From Spirochaetaceae bacterium (GTDB lineage Bacteria > Spirochaetota > Spirochaetia > DSM-2461), in contig JAOPTT010000015.1 of assembly GCA_051531975.1 (NCBI GenBank), positions 1-46,207 of the forward strand: a stretch of 46,207 nucleotides of DNA. The letters are read 5' to 3'. The position numbers were made by a program, and so were the translations under genes. Positions 8,969 through 19,135 of the stretch are shown here, one piece after another. Within the stretch, counting starts at the first letter, position 1, and each line of letters begins with the position of its first letter. The notes below the pieces were generated by a model. That model saw only the letters and a program-made list of their open reading frames with translations. It was not told where the DNA came from and did not search any database.

Positions 8969-9049
8969 GGGGAGGTTCCCGAGTGGTCAAAGGGGGCAGA
9001 CTGTAAATCTGTTACTTCGGTTTCGAAGGTTCAAATCCTTCTCTCCCCA
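8969..9049 (+). tRNA. tRNA-Tyr(GTA), copy 3
   Basis: Identical by eye to copy 1. Confidence 0.97.
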
Positions 9050-9083
9050 TACCTTTTACTTGCTTTTTGCAAGTTAATTCTTT

Positions 9084-9111
9084 AAACTTCCTATCTTGGA
9101 AGTTTTTTTTT
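9084..9111 (+). terminator. Rho-independent terminator after the tRNA array
   Basis: AAACTTCC-TATCTT-GGAAGTTT stem-loop followed by a T run. Confidence 0.75.
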
Positions 9112-9126
9112 GGAGAAAATTAAAAA

Positions 9127-9561
9127 ATGAATGATTTTTATGAAGATGGTCTTAAGTTTACTTGTGAAAGATGTAGTGGATGTTGTAGGCATGAACCAGG
9201 GTATGTTTTCTTATCTGAAATTGATTTAACTAAAATGTATCAGGGATTAAACATATCAAGAAAAAAATTTATTAAAACTTATTGTAGTATTGTAGATCTT
9301 TTAGGTATAAAGCGTTTAACATTAATCGAGAAAAGTAATAACGATTGTATTTTTTGGGATAAAGGGTGTACTATTTATAATGATAGACCACTACAGTGTA
9401 GAAGTTTTCCATTTTGGGCACATAATTTAATAAATGAAGAGACGTGGGCTACTGTGGTAAATAGTTGTCCAGGTGCTGGTCAAGGTGAGGTTCGTTCTAA
9501 AAATCATATTGATAGATGGCTAGATCAGCGACTTGATGAACCCTTCATAAATCCCAAATAA
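9127..9561 (+). CDS. YkgJ-family (CxxCxxCC) cysteine-cluster protein
   Basis: FTCERCSGCC, CIF, CTIYNDRPLQCRSFPFW and CPG motifs. GGAG SD. Confidence 0.9.
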   Translation: MNDFYEDGLKFTCERCSGCCRHEPGYVFLSEIDLTKMYQGLNISRKKFIKTYCSIVDLLGIKRLTLIEKSNNDCIFWDKGCTIYNDRPLQCRSFPFWAHNLINEETWATVVNSCPGAGQGEVRSKNHIDRWLDQRLDEPFINPK

Positions 9562-9563
9562 CT

Positions 9564-9743
9564 GTGAAGGATTTTAATAAAGAAGAAGTTCTTAGTTTAT
9601 ATTTTTTATTATCAGATATGGATAGCCTTCCAATATATTTAGATAGTGCTATGTTAAAGCTTGAAGAAGATATTTTTGAAAACTTTAATGTAAAAGAAAT
9701 TGAAGAGTTTCGTGTTATATTTAGAGATAAGGATAAAAATTGA
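9564..9743 (+). CDS. Small acidic hypothetical protein (59 aa), absent from the ORF track
   Basis: GTG...TGA encodes MKDFNKEEVLSLYFLLSDMDSLPIYLDSAMLKLEEDIFENFNVKEIEEFRVIFRDKDKN. It fills the YkgJ-mltG gap and its stop overlaps the mltG start (TTGA). Confidence 0.75.
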   Translation: MKDFNKEEVLSLYFLLSDMDSLPIYLDSAMLKLEEDIFENFNVKEIEEFRVIFRDKDKN

Positions 9744-10765
9744 AAAAATTCCTAATAATTTTTTTAATACTCAGTATTATCACAATTTCATGTGGGATGT
9801 ATTATGTTTATACAAATATGCAACCTATTTCTAGTAATAGTGAAGCTGTATCTTTTTTTGTAGGGAAAGGAGATAGCTTATCAACTATTTCAATGAATCT
9901 ATATAATAATAATCTCATACGAAATAATACTATTTTTAAATATTACGGAGTTTATTATAAGTATGACCTTAAGTTAAAAGAAGGTGAATATAATATTTCT
10001 CAATCTTTAAGTATAAAAGAAATTTATGAGATTCTAATTGAAGGAAAACAGAACTTAATATCAGTAACCATACCAGAAGGTTATACTTCAAGAAAAATAG
10101 CAAAAATTCTTGATGATAGTGGTGTTGTAAAAAGCCAAGACTTTTTAGATGCAATTAGTAATAAAGAGTTATTAGAACTGTATAATATACCTTTTAATAG
10201 TGCAGAAGGTTTTTTATACCCTGATACATACTCATTTCAAGAAAATTATCCTGCTCTTTTAGTTGTTGAAAGTTTTTTAAAAAACTTCTTTAAGAATATC
10301 AAACAAATATATCCAAGTTATCAAAAATTAACTAGAAAACAATTAGCTAATAAAGTAATTTTGGCTTCAATAGTTGAAAGAGAATATAAAAGTAAATCTG
10401 AAGTTAAAACTATTGCATCTGTTTTTTATAATAGATTAGATAAAGAGATGATGCTTCAATCTTGTGCAACAGTTATGTATGTTATAACCGAAGAGTTAGG
10501 GCAGGAACATAGAAATCGATTACTTTTTGAAGATCTAGAAATTGATTCTATTTATAACACCTATCAGATTTTAGGATTGCCACCAGGAGCAATATCAAAT
10601 CCAGGTTACAACGCATTAGATGCAGTTTTTTTTCCTGATGATAGTGATTTTATATATTTTGTTGTTGAGGATAGAGAGAAAGGTTTACATCGGTTTTCAA
10701 GAAAATATAGCGAACATGAACAGGCTAGTCTTGAATATCTAAGTGGTTTTGAGAGCAAGCAATAG
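9740..10765 (+). CDS. mltG: Endolytic transglycosylase MltG
   Basis: N-terminal TM, VTIPEG, EGFLYPDTY, LASIVERE, IASVFYNRL and YNTY..GLPPGAISNPG. Confidence 0.95.
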   Translation: MKKFLIIFLILSIITISCGMYYVYTNMQPISSNSEAVSFFVGKGDSLSTISMNLYNNNLIRNNTIFKYYGVYYKYDLKLKEGEYNISQSLSIKEIYEILIEGKQNLISVTIPEGYTSRKIAKILDDSGVVKSQDFLDAISNKELLELYNIPFNSAEGFLYPDTYSFQENYPALLVVESFLKNFFKNIKQIYPSYQKLTRKQLANKVILASIVEREYKSKSEVKTIASVFYNRLDKEMMLQSCATVMYVITEELGQEHRNRLLFEDLEIDSIYNTYQILGLPPGAISNPGYNALDAVFFPDDSDFIYFVVEDREKGLHRFSRKYSEHEQASLEYLSGFESKQ

Positions 10766-12522
10766 TGAGAATACCAGAAAATACAATTCAGGAAATATCA
10801 GATAAAGCAAGTATTGTTAATATTGTAAGTGAATATACAGCTCTTAAATCGAAGGGTGATAAGTTTTGGGGATGTTGCCCTTTTCATAATGAAAAGACAC
10901 CATCATTTACAGTAACAGAAGATAAAAATATGTTTTATTGTTTTGGCTGTCAAAAAGGTGGAAGTATATTTAACTTCATAATGGAAATTGAGCATATGTC
11001 ATTTGTTGATTCTGTTATGCATTTAGCACAAAAAACTGGTGTTTCTGTTGAGTTGAATAGCAACTCTGAAAATATTGAACAAGTGACTAAGCGGGAATCA
11101 CTTATAAAGTTATATGAAAAATGTTGTGGTAGTTTTTCTTACATATTTCAAAATGTAGAAAGTAGTAAAGCTGCTCGTGATTATGTTTATGGAAGGGGCT
11201 TTTCAAAAGATATTATTGAGACATTTAGGATTGGTTATGCCCCTAAAGGTGGAAACTGGTTATTTAATTTCTTAAAAAGCAAAAACTATTCAGAAGATTT
11301 TTTATTAGAATCAGGTTTTTTTTCTAAAAAAAATAGGAAAGTTTCAATTTTTTTTGATAGGGTTATGTTTCCCATTATTAATCATCATAATCAGGTTGTT
11401 GCATTTAGTGGACGTGCTTTGTCCGATTATGGTCCAAAATATATTAATTCTCCAGAGACTGTAATATATCATAAAGGTAGTATTTTATTTGGAATTAATC
11501 TTGCTATCAAAGAGATTCGTAAACAGAAGTCATTTATTTTATGTGAAGGTAACTTAGATGTTGTCGCTTTACATCAGGTTGGACTTTGTAATGCTGTAGC
11601 TCCATTAGGAACTGCATTTACAGAATCACAAGCAAAATTACTCAAAAGATATGCTGATAGTGGAACTATTTTGTTTGATGGAGACTCTGCTGGAATAAAG
11701 GCAACTGAAAAAGCTTGTATAATTTTAGAACGTGTTGGAATCTCCCCAAATGTAATATCTTTGCCTGATGGAATGGATCCCGCAGAAATTTTAAAAAAAA
11801 GTGGTGAAGAAGCATTGAAAAAAAGTTGTATATACACTATAACTAGCTTTGATTATCTACTTAAAAGACTAATAAACCAGTTTGGTAGTGAATCTCCGGA
11901 GAGTAAAGAAAGCGTTGCAAAAGGAATACTTCCATACATAAATAGTATAATCTCAGATATTAGGAAAGAAGCTTGCTTGGAAAAGTTATCTTCTGAACTA
12001 GGGGTTAGTACCGATTCAATATTAAAAGAGTTTTCAAATAGTAGGAAAACACAGTATGAGAAACGGGAACCAATTAAAGAGATTATAGACATTTATAAAG
12101 ACAAGGAATTATACTTAATGTGTGCTTTGGTTGTTAATAGTAAATTTAATGAACATGTAAGGTTGTATGTAGATGAATTTGGCCTTATAAGTAATTATGC
12201 AATTACTGTATACAATGCTATCTCTAACTCATTGAAGGAAGGTGTAATTTCAGTTGAATCGATTTTAAGAAGAATTGATAATAATGAACTGAAACAGCTT
12301 ATAATAAGCAAATGTACTTCAAATGAATTTGATGATAACCCGGGTAAAATTATTGTAGACTCTCTTGTATATTTAAAGAGAAAAACTCTTTTATTACAGA
12401 TACAAGAGTTAGAAGGTAAAATTGGTGACCGAAGTCGACATAATGATATTACTTATGTTACTTCATTATTAAAAAAGAAGTCAGAATTAGACGAAAAACT
12501 TGGTAAAATTGAGGATTATTAA
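10765..12522 (+). CDS. dnaG: DNA primase
   Basis: CHC2 zinc finger (CPFHNEKTPSF...CFGC), PKYINSPET, and a TOPRIM domain (EGNLDV, FDGDSAG). Confidence 0.98.
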   Translation: MRIPENTIQEISDKASIVNIVSEYTALKSKGDKFWGCCPFHNEKTPSFTVTEDKNMFYCFGCQKGGSIFNFIMEIEHMSFVDSVMHLAQKTGVSVELNSNSENIEQVTKRESLIKLYEKCCGSFSYIFQNVESSKAARDYVYGRGFSKDIIETFRIGYAPKGGNWLFNFLKSKNYSEDFLLESGFFSKKNRKVSIFFDRVMFPIINHHNQVVAFSGRALSDYGPKYINSPETVIYHKGSILFGINLAIKEIRKQKSFILCEGNLDVVALHQVGLCNAVAPLGTAFTESQAKLLKRYADSGTILFDGDSAGIKATEKACIILERVGISPNVISLPDGMDPAEILKKSGEEALKKSCIYTITSFDYLLKRLINQFGSESPESKESVAKGILPYINSIISDIRKEACLEKLSSELGVSTDSILKEFSNSRKTQYEKREPIKEIIDIYKDKELYLMCALVVNSKFNEHVRLYVDEFGLISNYAITVYNAISNSLKEGVISVESILRRIDNNELKQLIISKCTSNEFDDNPGKIIVDSLVYLKRKTLLLQIQELEGKIGDRSRHNDITYVTSLLKKKSELDEKLGKIEDY

Positions 12523-14595
12523 ATGGAACAATTGGATAAGAATCCGGAAATAATTAAATTATTAGAATATGGTAGAAAGAAAAAAGTATTATCCTACGAG
12601 GAAGTAAATAATATGCTTCCTGAGGATCTTTTGAATTCTGATCAGATAGAAGAAGTTTTAACCTTAATTGAAAAAAATAATATACTGTTAGAAGATGATG
12701 ATGGATCTGTTGTTGTTCCTGTAGGTCATGTTTTAGCTCCAGAACTGCCTGGTTCAAATTTAGAAAATTCTGAATCAGCAGCTCCAGATTCAGAAGACTC
12801 AGATTCAGAAGACCCAGATTCAGAACTTGAAGAGCCAGATATAGAAGATCCTAATTTTTCTATTGAAGAGGAAGAAGAAGAAGAAGAAGAGTTTGAAGCG
12901 GATGATGAGGACGATGCTGAGCCTGTAATTGATAGTAATGCTTTAGGATTTGAAGCTAGCGGTAATTTAGCTGGTGATGATGAATCTTTAGGTTTTAAAA
13001 GTAGCATGGAACAGCAAGAGGTTGATCCAACTATTGATGAAGATCTAGAGATTGAAAAAGTATCTGACGTTGATCTTCCTAAAAGTGTAGCTAAAAAATT
13101 AATTGTAGATGAAAAAGATTCTGTAATTGATGACCCTATACGATTATATCTTAGAGAAATAGGTAAAGAGAGCCTTTTAACAGCGGAACAAGAAGTTGAA
13201 CTTTCAAAAAGTATGGAAGAAGGTGAACTAATTATTAAAGAGATTCTTCAAGGTAAAGGTATGATCGTTTCTGAATATCAGAGACTAATGGAAAAAGCCT
13301 CTTGTAAAGATGATCCTAGAGAGTTAGATCTTAGTAAAAAAGAAGTCTCTGAAATATTAGCTGCAAGAAGACGGTTAAATGCATTATATAAGGAACCTTT
13401 AAAAAAGATCCTTCCAAAATTAAAAAAATATATGGCTCTAAAAGAGAAAGTTACATCTACTGAAGGTGATCCTTTAACAGACCAGAGCGTTTTGGAAATG
13501 AAAACAACATTAGTTCATGATCTTTCTTTAGTAGAATTATATCAGGATGAAATAATAGAATTTTCTGACAAATATATTATTGCTGTTAGAATGATTAATA
13601 ATTTAAGAAGAGAACAGTATTTACTACAACGAGATCTAAAAGTATCAAATCTGAGAGAAGTTAGAACCTTAGGTCGAAGTCTTGCTCAACAGAGTAAAAA
13701 GGCACAGATTGAAACTGACCTAGGATATACTGCTGATCAGTTAAAAGATAAGATCAGAACTTTACAGACTAATTATAGAGATCTTAGAAATATTGAGCTC
13801 GAATTTGAGAATAGTGCAGATGAAATACTAGTGATGGGTGATGATATTTCCCATGGTAAAAGTATGATGAAAACTGCAAAAGATAGACTTATTAAAGCAA
13901 ACCTTAGATTAGTTGTTAGTATTGCAAAAAAATATACTAATAGAGGATTACATTTTTTTGACCTTGTTCAAGAAGGAAATATTGGTTTAATAAAAGCAGT
14001 AGAAAAATTTGAATATAGAAAAGGTTATAAGTTTTCTACATATGCAACTTGGTGGATTCGTCAGGCAATTACTAGATCTATTTCTGATCAGGCTAGAACT
14101 ATAAGGGTTCCAGTTCATATGATCGAACAGATTAATAAGGTTGTTAGAGAATCTAGATTATTAATGCAAATTAAAGGTCGAGAACCTAGTGATGAAGAAA
14201 TAGCTGAGAGATTAGGTTGGAACGTACAACGTGTAAAATCAGTTAAAAATGTTGCAAGAGAACCAATTTCTTTAGAAACTCCAATTGGTGAGGAAGAAGA
14301 TTCCTTATTAGGAGATTTTATTGAAGATAAAGATGTTGAAAATCCAGCAAATCAGACAGCTTTTAAGGTTTTACAAGAACAGCTATCTGAGGTATTATCA
14401 ACATTACCACCTCGTGAACAAGAAGTTTTAAAAATGAGGTTTGGTTTAGATGATGGTTATTCGTTAACATTAGAAGAAGTAGGTCTTTACTTTAATGTTA
14501 CAAGGGAAAGAATTAGACAGATTGAAGCTAAAGCTTTAAGACGTTTAAGACATCCAAATAGAAGCGTAAAATTAAAAGATTATCTAGAGAATTAA
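12523..14595 (+). CDS. rpoD: RNA polymerase primary sigma factor (sigma70)
   Basis: Region 1.2 [12 protein letters not shown], region 2 [12 protein letters not shown]...[14 protein letters not shown], region 4 [17 protein letters not shown]. Follows dnaG. Confidence 0.99.
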   Translation: MEQLDKNPEIIKLLEYGRKKKVLSYEEVNNMLPEDLLNSDQIEEVLTLIEKNNILLEDDDGSVVVPVGHVLAPELPGSNLENSESAAPDSEDSDSEDPDSELEEPDIEDPNFSIEEEEEEEEEFEADDEDDAEPVIDSNALGFEASGNLAGDDESLGFKSSMEQQEVDPTIDEDLEIEKVSDVDLPKSVAKKLIVDEKDSVIDDPIRLYLREIGKESLLTAEQEVELSKSMEEGELIIKEILQGKGMIVSEYQRLMEKASCKDDPRELDLSKKEVSEILAARRRLNALYKEPLKKILPKLKKYMALKEKVTSTEGDPLTDQSVLEMKTTLVHDLSLVELYQDEIIEFSDKYIIAVRMINNLRREQYLLQRDLKVSNLREVRTLGRSLAQQSKKAQIETDLGYTADQLKDKIRTLQTNYRDLRNIELEFENSADEILVMGDDISHGKSMMKTAKDRLIKANLRLVVSIAKKYTNRGLHFFDLVQEGNIGLIKAVEKFEYRKGYKFSTYATWWIRQAITRSISDQARTIRVPVHMIEQINKVVRESRLLMQIKGREPSDEEIAERLGWNVQRVKSVKNVAREPISLETPIGEEEDSLLGDFIEDKDVENPANQTAFKVLQEQLSEVLSTLPPREQEVLKMRFGLDDGYSLTLEEVGLYFNVTRERIRQIEAKALRRLRHPNRSVKLKDYLEN
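12784..12891 (+). repeat. In-frame 15-bp tandem repeats and a GAA tract within rpoD
   Basis: CCAGATTCAGAAGAC / TCAGATTCAGAAGAC / CCAGATTCAGAACTT at 12784-12828, and (GAA)6 at 12871-12888. Confidence 0.85.
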
Positions 14596-14608
14596 GGGGA
14601 TATATTAG

Positions 14609-15412
14609 GTGGAAAAAACTTTTGAGAAATTAAGACACTTACAGGAAGTGCTTTCGAAGAGAATTGAAATTGATAGGGAAATTGATGAAATTCCTAAAGC
14701 TTTAATAATAAAAGAAGAGCTTCTAAATCGGTTACAGAAATCTTTTATTGAGAAAAATGATAATAAAATTGCATCTGAAGATGAACTTTCTAGATTTAAG
14801 AAATTAATGAATGATGCAGAAAGAGCTCGTGAATTCAGTGAAAAAAGAATGGATGAAATCAGTACTCAACGTGAATATGAGGCTTTAGAGAGAGAAATAA
14901 AAGTATCTACCGAAGCTGAACAAGAATATAGAAGAGAAATCCAAAAAGTTGAAAAAACAATTGAAGTTTTAGCAGAGATGTTAACTTCTGAGGAAGAACT
15001 TCTTAATCAGCAGAAAGAAGAGATTACAGATGAAAAAGAACGAATTGTTTCAATTATATCTGAGAAAGAAACCACTAAAAATGGTATGCTTGCTGATGAA
15101 AAAGTCATAAGTCATGATATGGATTCAGAGATTCTTTTTAAATTTGAAAGAATTATAAAAAATAAATCTGGTTTAGGTATTGTTCCTGTAATTTCAGGAA
15201 TCTGTTCTGGTTGTCATATGACACTTCCTGCACAATTTGCTAACGATGTTAGAAAAGGTGAGGAAATTTTATTCTGTCCTTATTGTTCTAGAATATTGTT
15301 TCACGAGGATAGCTCAACAGATCAAGTATTATCTGAAGCAGACGTTGATGAGAAGACAGAAAATGAAGCATCATTAGCTGACCTTATCGATGATGAATTT
15401 TTATTAGATTAA
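14609..15412 (+). CDS. Coiled-coil protein with a C4-type zinc ribbon (DUF164/CT398-like)
   Basis: Long coiled coil followed by CSGCHM...FCPYCSRIL. Confidence 0.9.
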   Translation: MEKTFEKLRHLQEVLSKRIEIDREIDEIPKALIIKEELLNRLQKSFIEKNDNKIASEDELSRFKKLMNDAERAREFSEKRMDEISTQREYEALEREIKVSTEAEQEYRREIQKVEKTIEVLAEMLTSEEELLNQQKEEITDEKERIVSIISEKETTKNGMLADEKVISHDMDSEILFKFERIIKNKSGLGIVPVISGICSGCHMTLPAQFANDVRKGEEILFCPYCSRILFHEDSSTDQVLSEADVDEKTENEASLADLIDDEFLLD

Positions 15413-15419
15413 ATTTTTT

Positions 15420-15771
15420 TCAGACTGAACTATCGCCTATACTCTATTGTATAGGAGGAAAGTCCGGGCTCCATAGAGAATAGTGCCGGGTAACACCCGG
15501 GCATCTATTTAATAGATGACAGATAGTGCCACAGAGATATACCGCCTCGGAGTAAATATTATTTACTCCCTGGTAAGGGTGAAAAGGTAGGGTAAGAGCC
15601 TACCGGGAAAGCAGTAATGTTTTTTGCTAGGTAAACCTCATTAGGAGCAAAGTCAAGCAGTAGTTTTTAGGTTTCTCGCCTTTATAGATTACGGGTAGAC
15701 TGCTAGAACACAGAAGTAATTCTTTGTGTAGATAGATGATAGTTTAAACAGAACTCGGCTTATAGGTCTGA
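15420..15771 (+). ncRNA. rnpB: RNase P RNA (bacterial class A)
   Basis: GAGGAAAGTCCGGGCT, AGTGCCACAGAGA, GGTAAGGGTGAAAAGG..GGTAAGAGC, GGAGCAA and ACAGAACTCGGCTTA motifs. The ends TCAGACT/GGTCTGA pair as P1. Confidence 0.97.
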
Positions 15772-15796
15772 TTTTTATTTTTACCGGAGGGAGTTT

Positions 15797-16729
15797 GTGT
15801 ATAAAAACAGTAAAAGAAAGTTTTCTAAAAGAAAAAGTTCTATATATTTACTAATACTATTACTTCCTTTTTTATTTATTTTCATGACTTTTTTCCTAAA
15901 TCAAGGGATAAGGTTTTATGGTAATAACTTAGTTAAAGCATTTGAAGAAGAAGATCTTAATAAGCTTTGGAATGAAAAAAAATATTCCCAAATTGTAACA
16001 ATTTGCGAAGAAGTCTTAAATGAGAACTTTCTTGAGTTAAATTATCTATATTTTCATGGGATATCTAATTTTTATCTTGGAATATCACAAATTTCATTAG
16101 AAATGAAAATACCTCTTATAAACCAGTCTATAGTATCACTAAGAAAAGCATATATTTTATCCAGTGGTAAATTAAAAGGTGATATTACTTACGTTTTAGG
16201 TAAAGCATACTACTATAAAGGGCGAAATTACTCAGATCTTACAATTAAATACCTAGATATTGCTCTTGTAGAAGGATATTTAGGAAAAGATATTTACGAA
16301 TTTAAAGGTTTGGCTTATTATGAGTTAGGTTTGTTTCCTGAAAGCATTAAGGAATTTGAATATCTTCCAGAAGAAAGACATTCACCAGAGATTAATTATA
16401 TAATTTCTCAGGCATATAACCAAATAGGAAATTTTGAAAAACAAGAAGAGATGTTATTAGATATTCTCGGTAATTCGGGACAAAAAAACGTCAAGATTAA
16501 TTCTCATGTAGAATTAGCTAAAATTTATTTTAATAGTAAAAGATATATTGAAGCTATCGAGCAAGTTAATGATATTTTACAATTGAGACCAGATGACTTT
16601 GAAGCTGGTTTTATATTAGGTAAATCTCTTTTTATTACGGGTAAAAAAGTAGAAGCAAATAAAATATTTAGAAAGTTATCTAAAATAAATAGCAATGATA
16701 AAGAACTTATTTCATGGCTAAAAAGATAA
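15797..16729 (+). CDS. Membrane-anchored TPR-repeat protein
   Basis: N-terminal TM and repeated TPR-like helices (YVLGKAYYY, KGLAYYELG, LAKIYF). GGAGG SD. Confidence 0.85.
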   Translation: MYKNSKRKFSKRKSSIYLLILLLPFLFIFMTFFLNQGIRFYGNNLVKAFEEEDLNKLWNEKKYSQIVTICEEVLNENFLELNYLYFHGISNFYLGISQISLEMKIPLINQSIVSLRKAYILSSGKLKGDITYVLGKAYYYKGRNYSDLTIKYLDIALVEGYLGKDIYEFKGLAYYELGLFPESIKEFEYLPEERHSPEINYIISQAYNQIGNFEKQEEMLLDILGNSGQKNVKINSHVELAKIYFNSKRYIEAIEQVNDILQLRPDDFEAGFILGKSLFITGKKVEANKIFRKLSKINSNDKELISWLKR

Positions 16730-16744
16730 ACTAAAGGGGATTTA

Positions 16745-17779
16745 ATGGGATTTTTTAACGGTTTTGCATCTGATATAGGTATAGATTTAGGAACATGTAA
16801 TACTCTTATATATGTTAAGGGTAAAGGTATAGTAAGTAGTGAACCTTCTGTTGTTGCAATTGAAAGAGGTAGCAAAAAAGTAGTTGCTGTAGGTGCTGAT
16901 GCAAAAAGAATGTTATGGAAGACTCCTGGTAATATAATAGCAATTAGACCATTAAGAGATGGTGTTATCGCTGATTTAGAGACTACAGAGAAGATGATTC
17001 GATACTTTATTGCTAAAGTATTACCAAATAGAAGATTAATAAAACCTAGAATGACTATTGGTGTACCATCTTGTATCACAGAGGTTGAAAGACGTGCTGT
17101 AGAAGAGTGTGCATATAAAGCCGGAGCAAGAGATGTTAAAATTATAGATGAGTCACTTGCTGCTGCAATAGGAGCTGATATTCCTATATATGAACCTGCT
17201 GGACACATGATATGTGACATTGGAGGTGGAACTACAGAAATATCTGTAATTTCATTAGGTGGTATGGTTGTAACAAACGCAATTAGAATTGGTGGTGATG
17301 AATTTGATGCTGCAATAATTAAACATGTAAAAAAAGTACATAATTTAATTATTGGTGAGCAAACAGCTGAGAAGTTAAAAATGACTATTGGTAATGCTAC
17401 ACCGGAAACTAAGATCGAAAAGATGGAAATAAAAGGTACTGATGCTATTACTGGTCTACCTAGACGTTTAGAAATAGACTCTGTGGAAGTCCGAGAGGCT
17501 TTACAATCTCCTATATCTGCTGTTATCCAGGAAGTTAAAAGGACACTAGGTCAGACTCCTCCTGAACTTGCTGCAGATATTGTAGAAAGAGGTATCGTAA
17601 TGACAGGTGGTGGTTCTAACTTAAAAGGATTACCAAAATTATTAGCAAAAGAAACTGGCGTACCAGTAATTTTAGCTGAAAATCCTCTATTATGTGTTGC
17701 TCTAGGTGCAGGACGATATTTTGATTTTGAAAAAGATGATTCTGATAATAAAAGAATTTACGATAGCATAAACTCATAA
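16745..17779 (+). CDS. mreB: Rod shape-determining protein MreB
   Basis: [33 protein letters not shown] and TGGG motifs. Confidence 0.99.
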   Translation: MGFFNGFASDIGIDLGTCNTLIYVKGKGIVSSEPSVVAIERGSKKVVAVGADAKRMLWKTPGNIIAIRPLRDGVIADLETTEKMIRYFIAKVLPNRRLIKPRMTIGVPSCITEVERRAVEECAYKAGARDVKIIDESLAAAIGADIPIYEPAGHMICDIGGGTTEISVISLGGMVVTNAIRIGGDEFDAAIIKHVKKVHNLIIGEQTAEKLKMTIGNATPETKIEKMEIKGTDAITGLPRRLEIDSVEVREALQSPISAVIQEVKRTLGQTPPELAADIVERGIVMTGGGSNLKGLPKLLAKETGVPVILAENPLLCVALGAGRYFDFEKDDSDNKRIYDSINS

Positions 17780-17787
17780 GGATTATT

Positions 17788-18630
17788 GTGCAGTTAAAGA
17801 AGAGGTTAAACAGATCTATTTATCTTTTTATTTTTTTAGTTATACTTTCTTCCTTAATGCTTTTATCAAACGAAAGTTTTAAAGCAACAAAGGAAGGAGC
17901 ATTAACTTTTTTTTCCTTAATACAGAGAGGTCTAGATAGTACTATTAAATTTACTAGCTCATCAATTAATTCTGTTGGTGAACTTAGAAACCTTAAACAT
18001 AGATATGATCTTTTAAGTACTGAATTAGATGATTATAGAGGGATTAATAGAGATTTTTTAGAATTACAAAGAGAGAATATTCAATTTAAACGTCTTTTAG
18101 ATTTTAAAGATTCACTTTCTCATGATTCTATACCTTGTGAGATAATTGGAAAAGATCCTAGTAATTTAAGTTCTACAATCACTATTAGTAAAGGATCAAA
18201 TCACGGTATTAAGAAAAATATGCCTGTTGTTGCACTCCAAGATGGTTTAGTTGGAGTCGTTGGTAAGGTTATTAATGTAAGTTCTCATTCAGCCTTGGTT
18301 CTTCCATTATTAGATCAAAGTAGTTATATTGCTGGTCGTTTATCATCCTCTAGATATGAAGGACTGGTAAAAGGTTTTGATTCTATTGAAGGTTATCTTA
18401 AAATTGATTATGTAAAAAAAATTGCTCTAGGTGATATTGGAGTCGGCGATTTAGTAGAAACAAGTGGAATGAACTCCTTATATCCAAAGGGTTACTACAT
18501 TGGCCGTATAGTTGAAATAAAGCGAATTGAATATCAAACTTCTTTAAATATTACTCTTGAACCAATTATAGATTTTTCTAAACTTGAGTTTTTATCAGTA
18601 TTAATTCCAATAGGAGAGTACAATGAATAA
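17788..18630 (+). CDS. mreC: Rod shape-determining protein MreC
   Basis: TM, coiled coil, KGS..GIKKNMPVV, TSG...YPKG. Follows mreB. Confidence 0.95.
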   Translation: MQLKKRLNRSIYLFIFLVILSSLMLLSNESFKATKEGALTFFSLIQRGLDSTIKFTSSSINSVGELRNLKHRYDLLSTELDDYRGINRDFLELQRENIQFKRLLDFKDSLSHDSIPCEIIGKDPSNLSSTITISKGSNHGIKKNMPVVALQDGLVGVVGKVINVSSHSALVLPLLDQSSYIAGRLSSSRYEGLVKGFDSIEGYLKIDYVKKIALGDIGVGDLVETSGMNSLYPKGYYIGRIVEIKRIEYQTSLNITLEPIIDFSKLEFLSVLIPIGEYNE

Positions 18631-19135
18631 AAGAACCCTTTTTTATACAATTTCTATTGGAATCGTACTTTTAATTATTGTTGTACAAAGTGTTGTATTC
18701 CCAATTATATTTAAAAACGATTATATGCCTGATTTATCTCTCATAGCTATCATTTATTTTTCTATAAATTTTGGTAGAAATATAGGTCAAATTTTAGGTT
18801 TTTCTAGTGGACTTGTTTTAGATTCATTAAGTGGTGTTCCATTTGGTTTAAATACAATGGTTAAACTTATTATGGGATTTTTGTTAGGTTTTTTTGAAGG
18901 TAAGATTTTTTTAGACAAATTTATCCTTCCTTGTATAATTATTACATTATGTACTATTGCAAAATTTGCAATGTATTCTTTTGTAGCATTGATATTTCCA
19001 ATAGATCTAAATATAAATTTCTTTTCATTTAGATACTTAATTGAGCTTGGTTTAAATATTGTATTAACTCCTTTTATTTTTATGTTATTTAATCTTTTAG
19101 CAAAAAAGCTTTATCCTGTAAGAGAAAGAGTTTAA
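18623..19135 (+). CDS. mreD: Rod shape-determining protein MreD
   Basis: Hydrophobic protein with PDLSLI and GF..GL..D.LS..PFG motifs, in the expected operon position. Confidence 0.93.
   Translation: MNKRTLFYTISIGIVLLIIVVQSVVFPIIFKNDYMPDLSLIAIIYFSINFGRNIGQILGFSSGLVLDSLSGVPFGLNTMVKLIMGFLLGFFEGKIFLDKFILPCIIITLCTIAKFAMYSFVALIFPIDLNINFFSFRYLIELGLNIVLTPFIFMLFNLLAKKLYPVRERV

Noticed and set aside
8382..9049. Repeat-spacer pattern suggesting a CRISPR array
   Set aside because: The repeats are complete tRNA cloverleaves of about 160 nt per unit, and no cas genes are present.
16525..17220. 231-aa minus-strand ORF
   Set aside because: Antisense shadow of mreB and the TPR gene, with no motif or SD.
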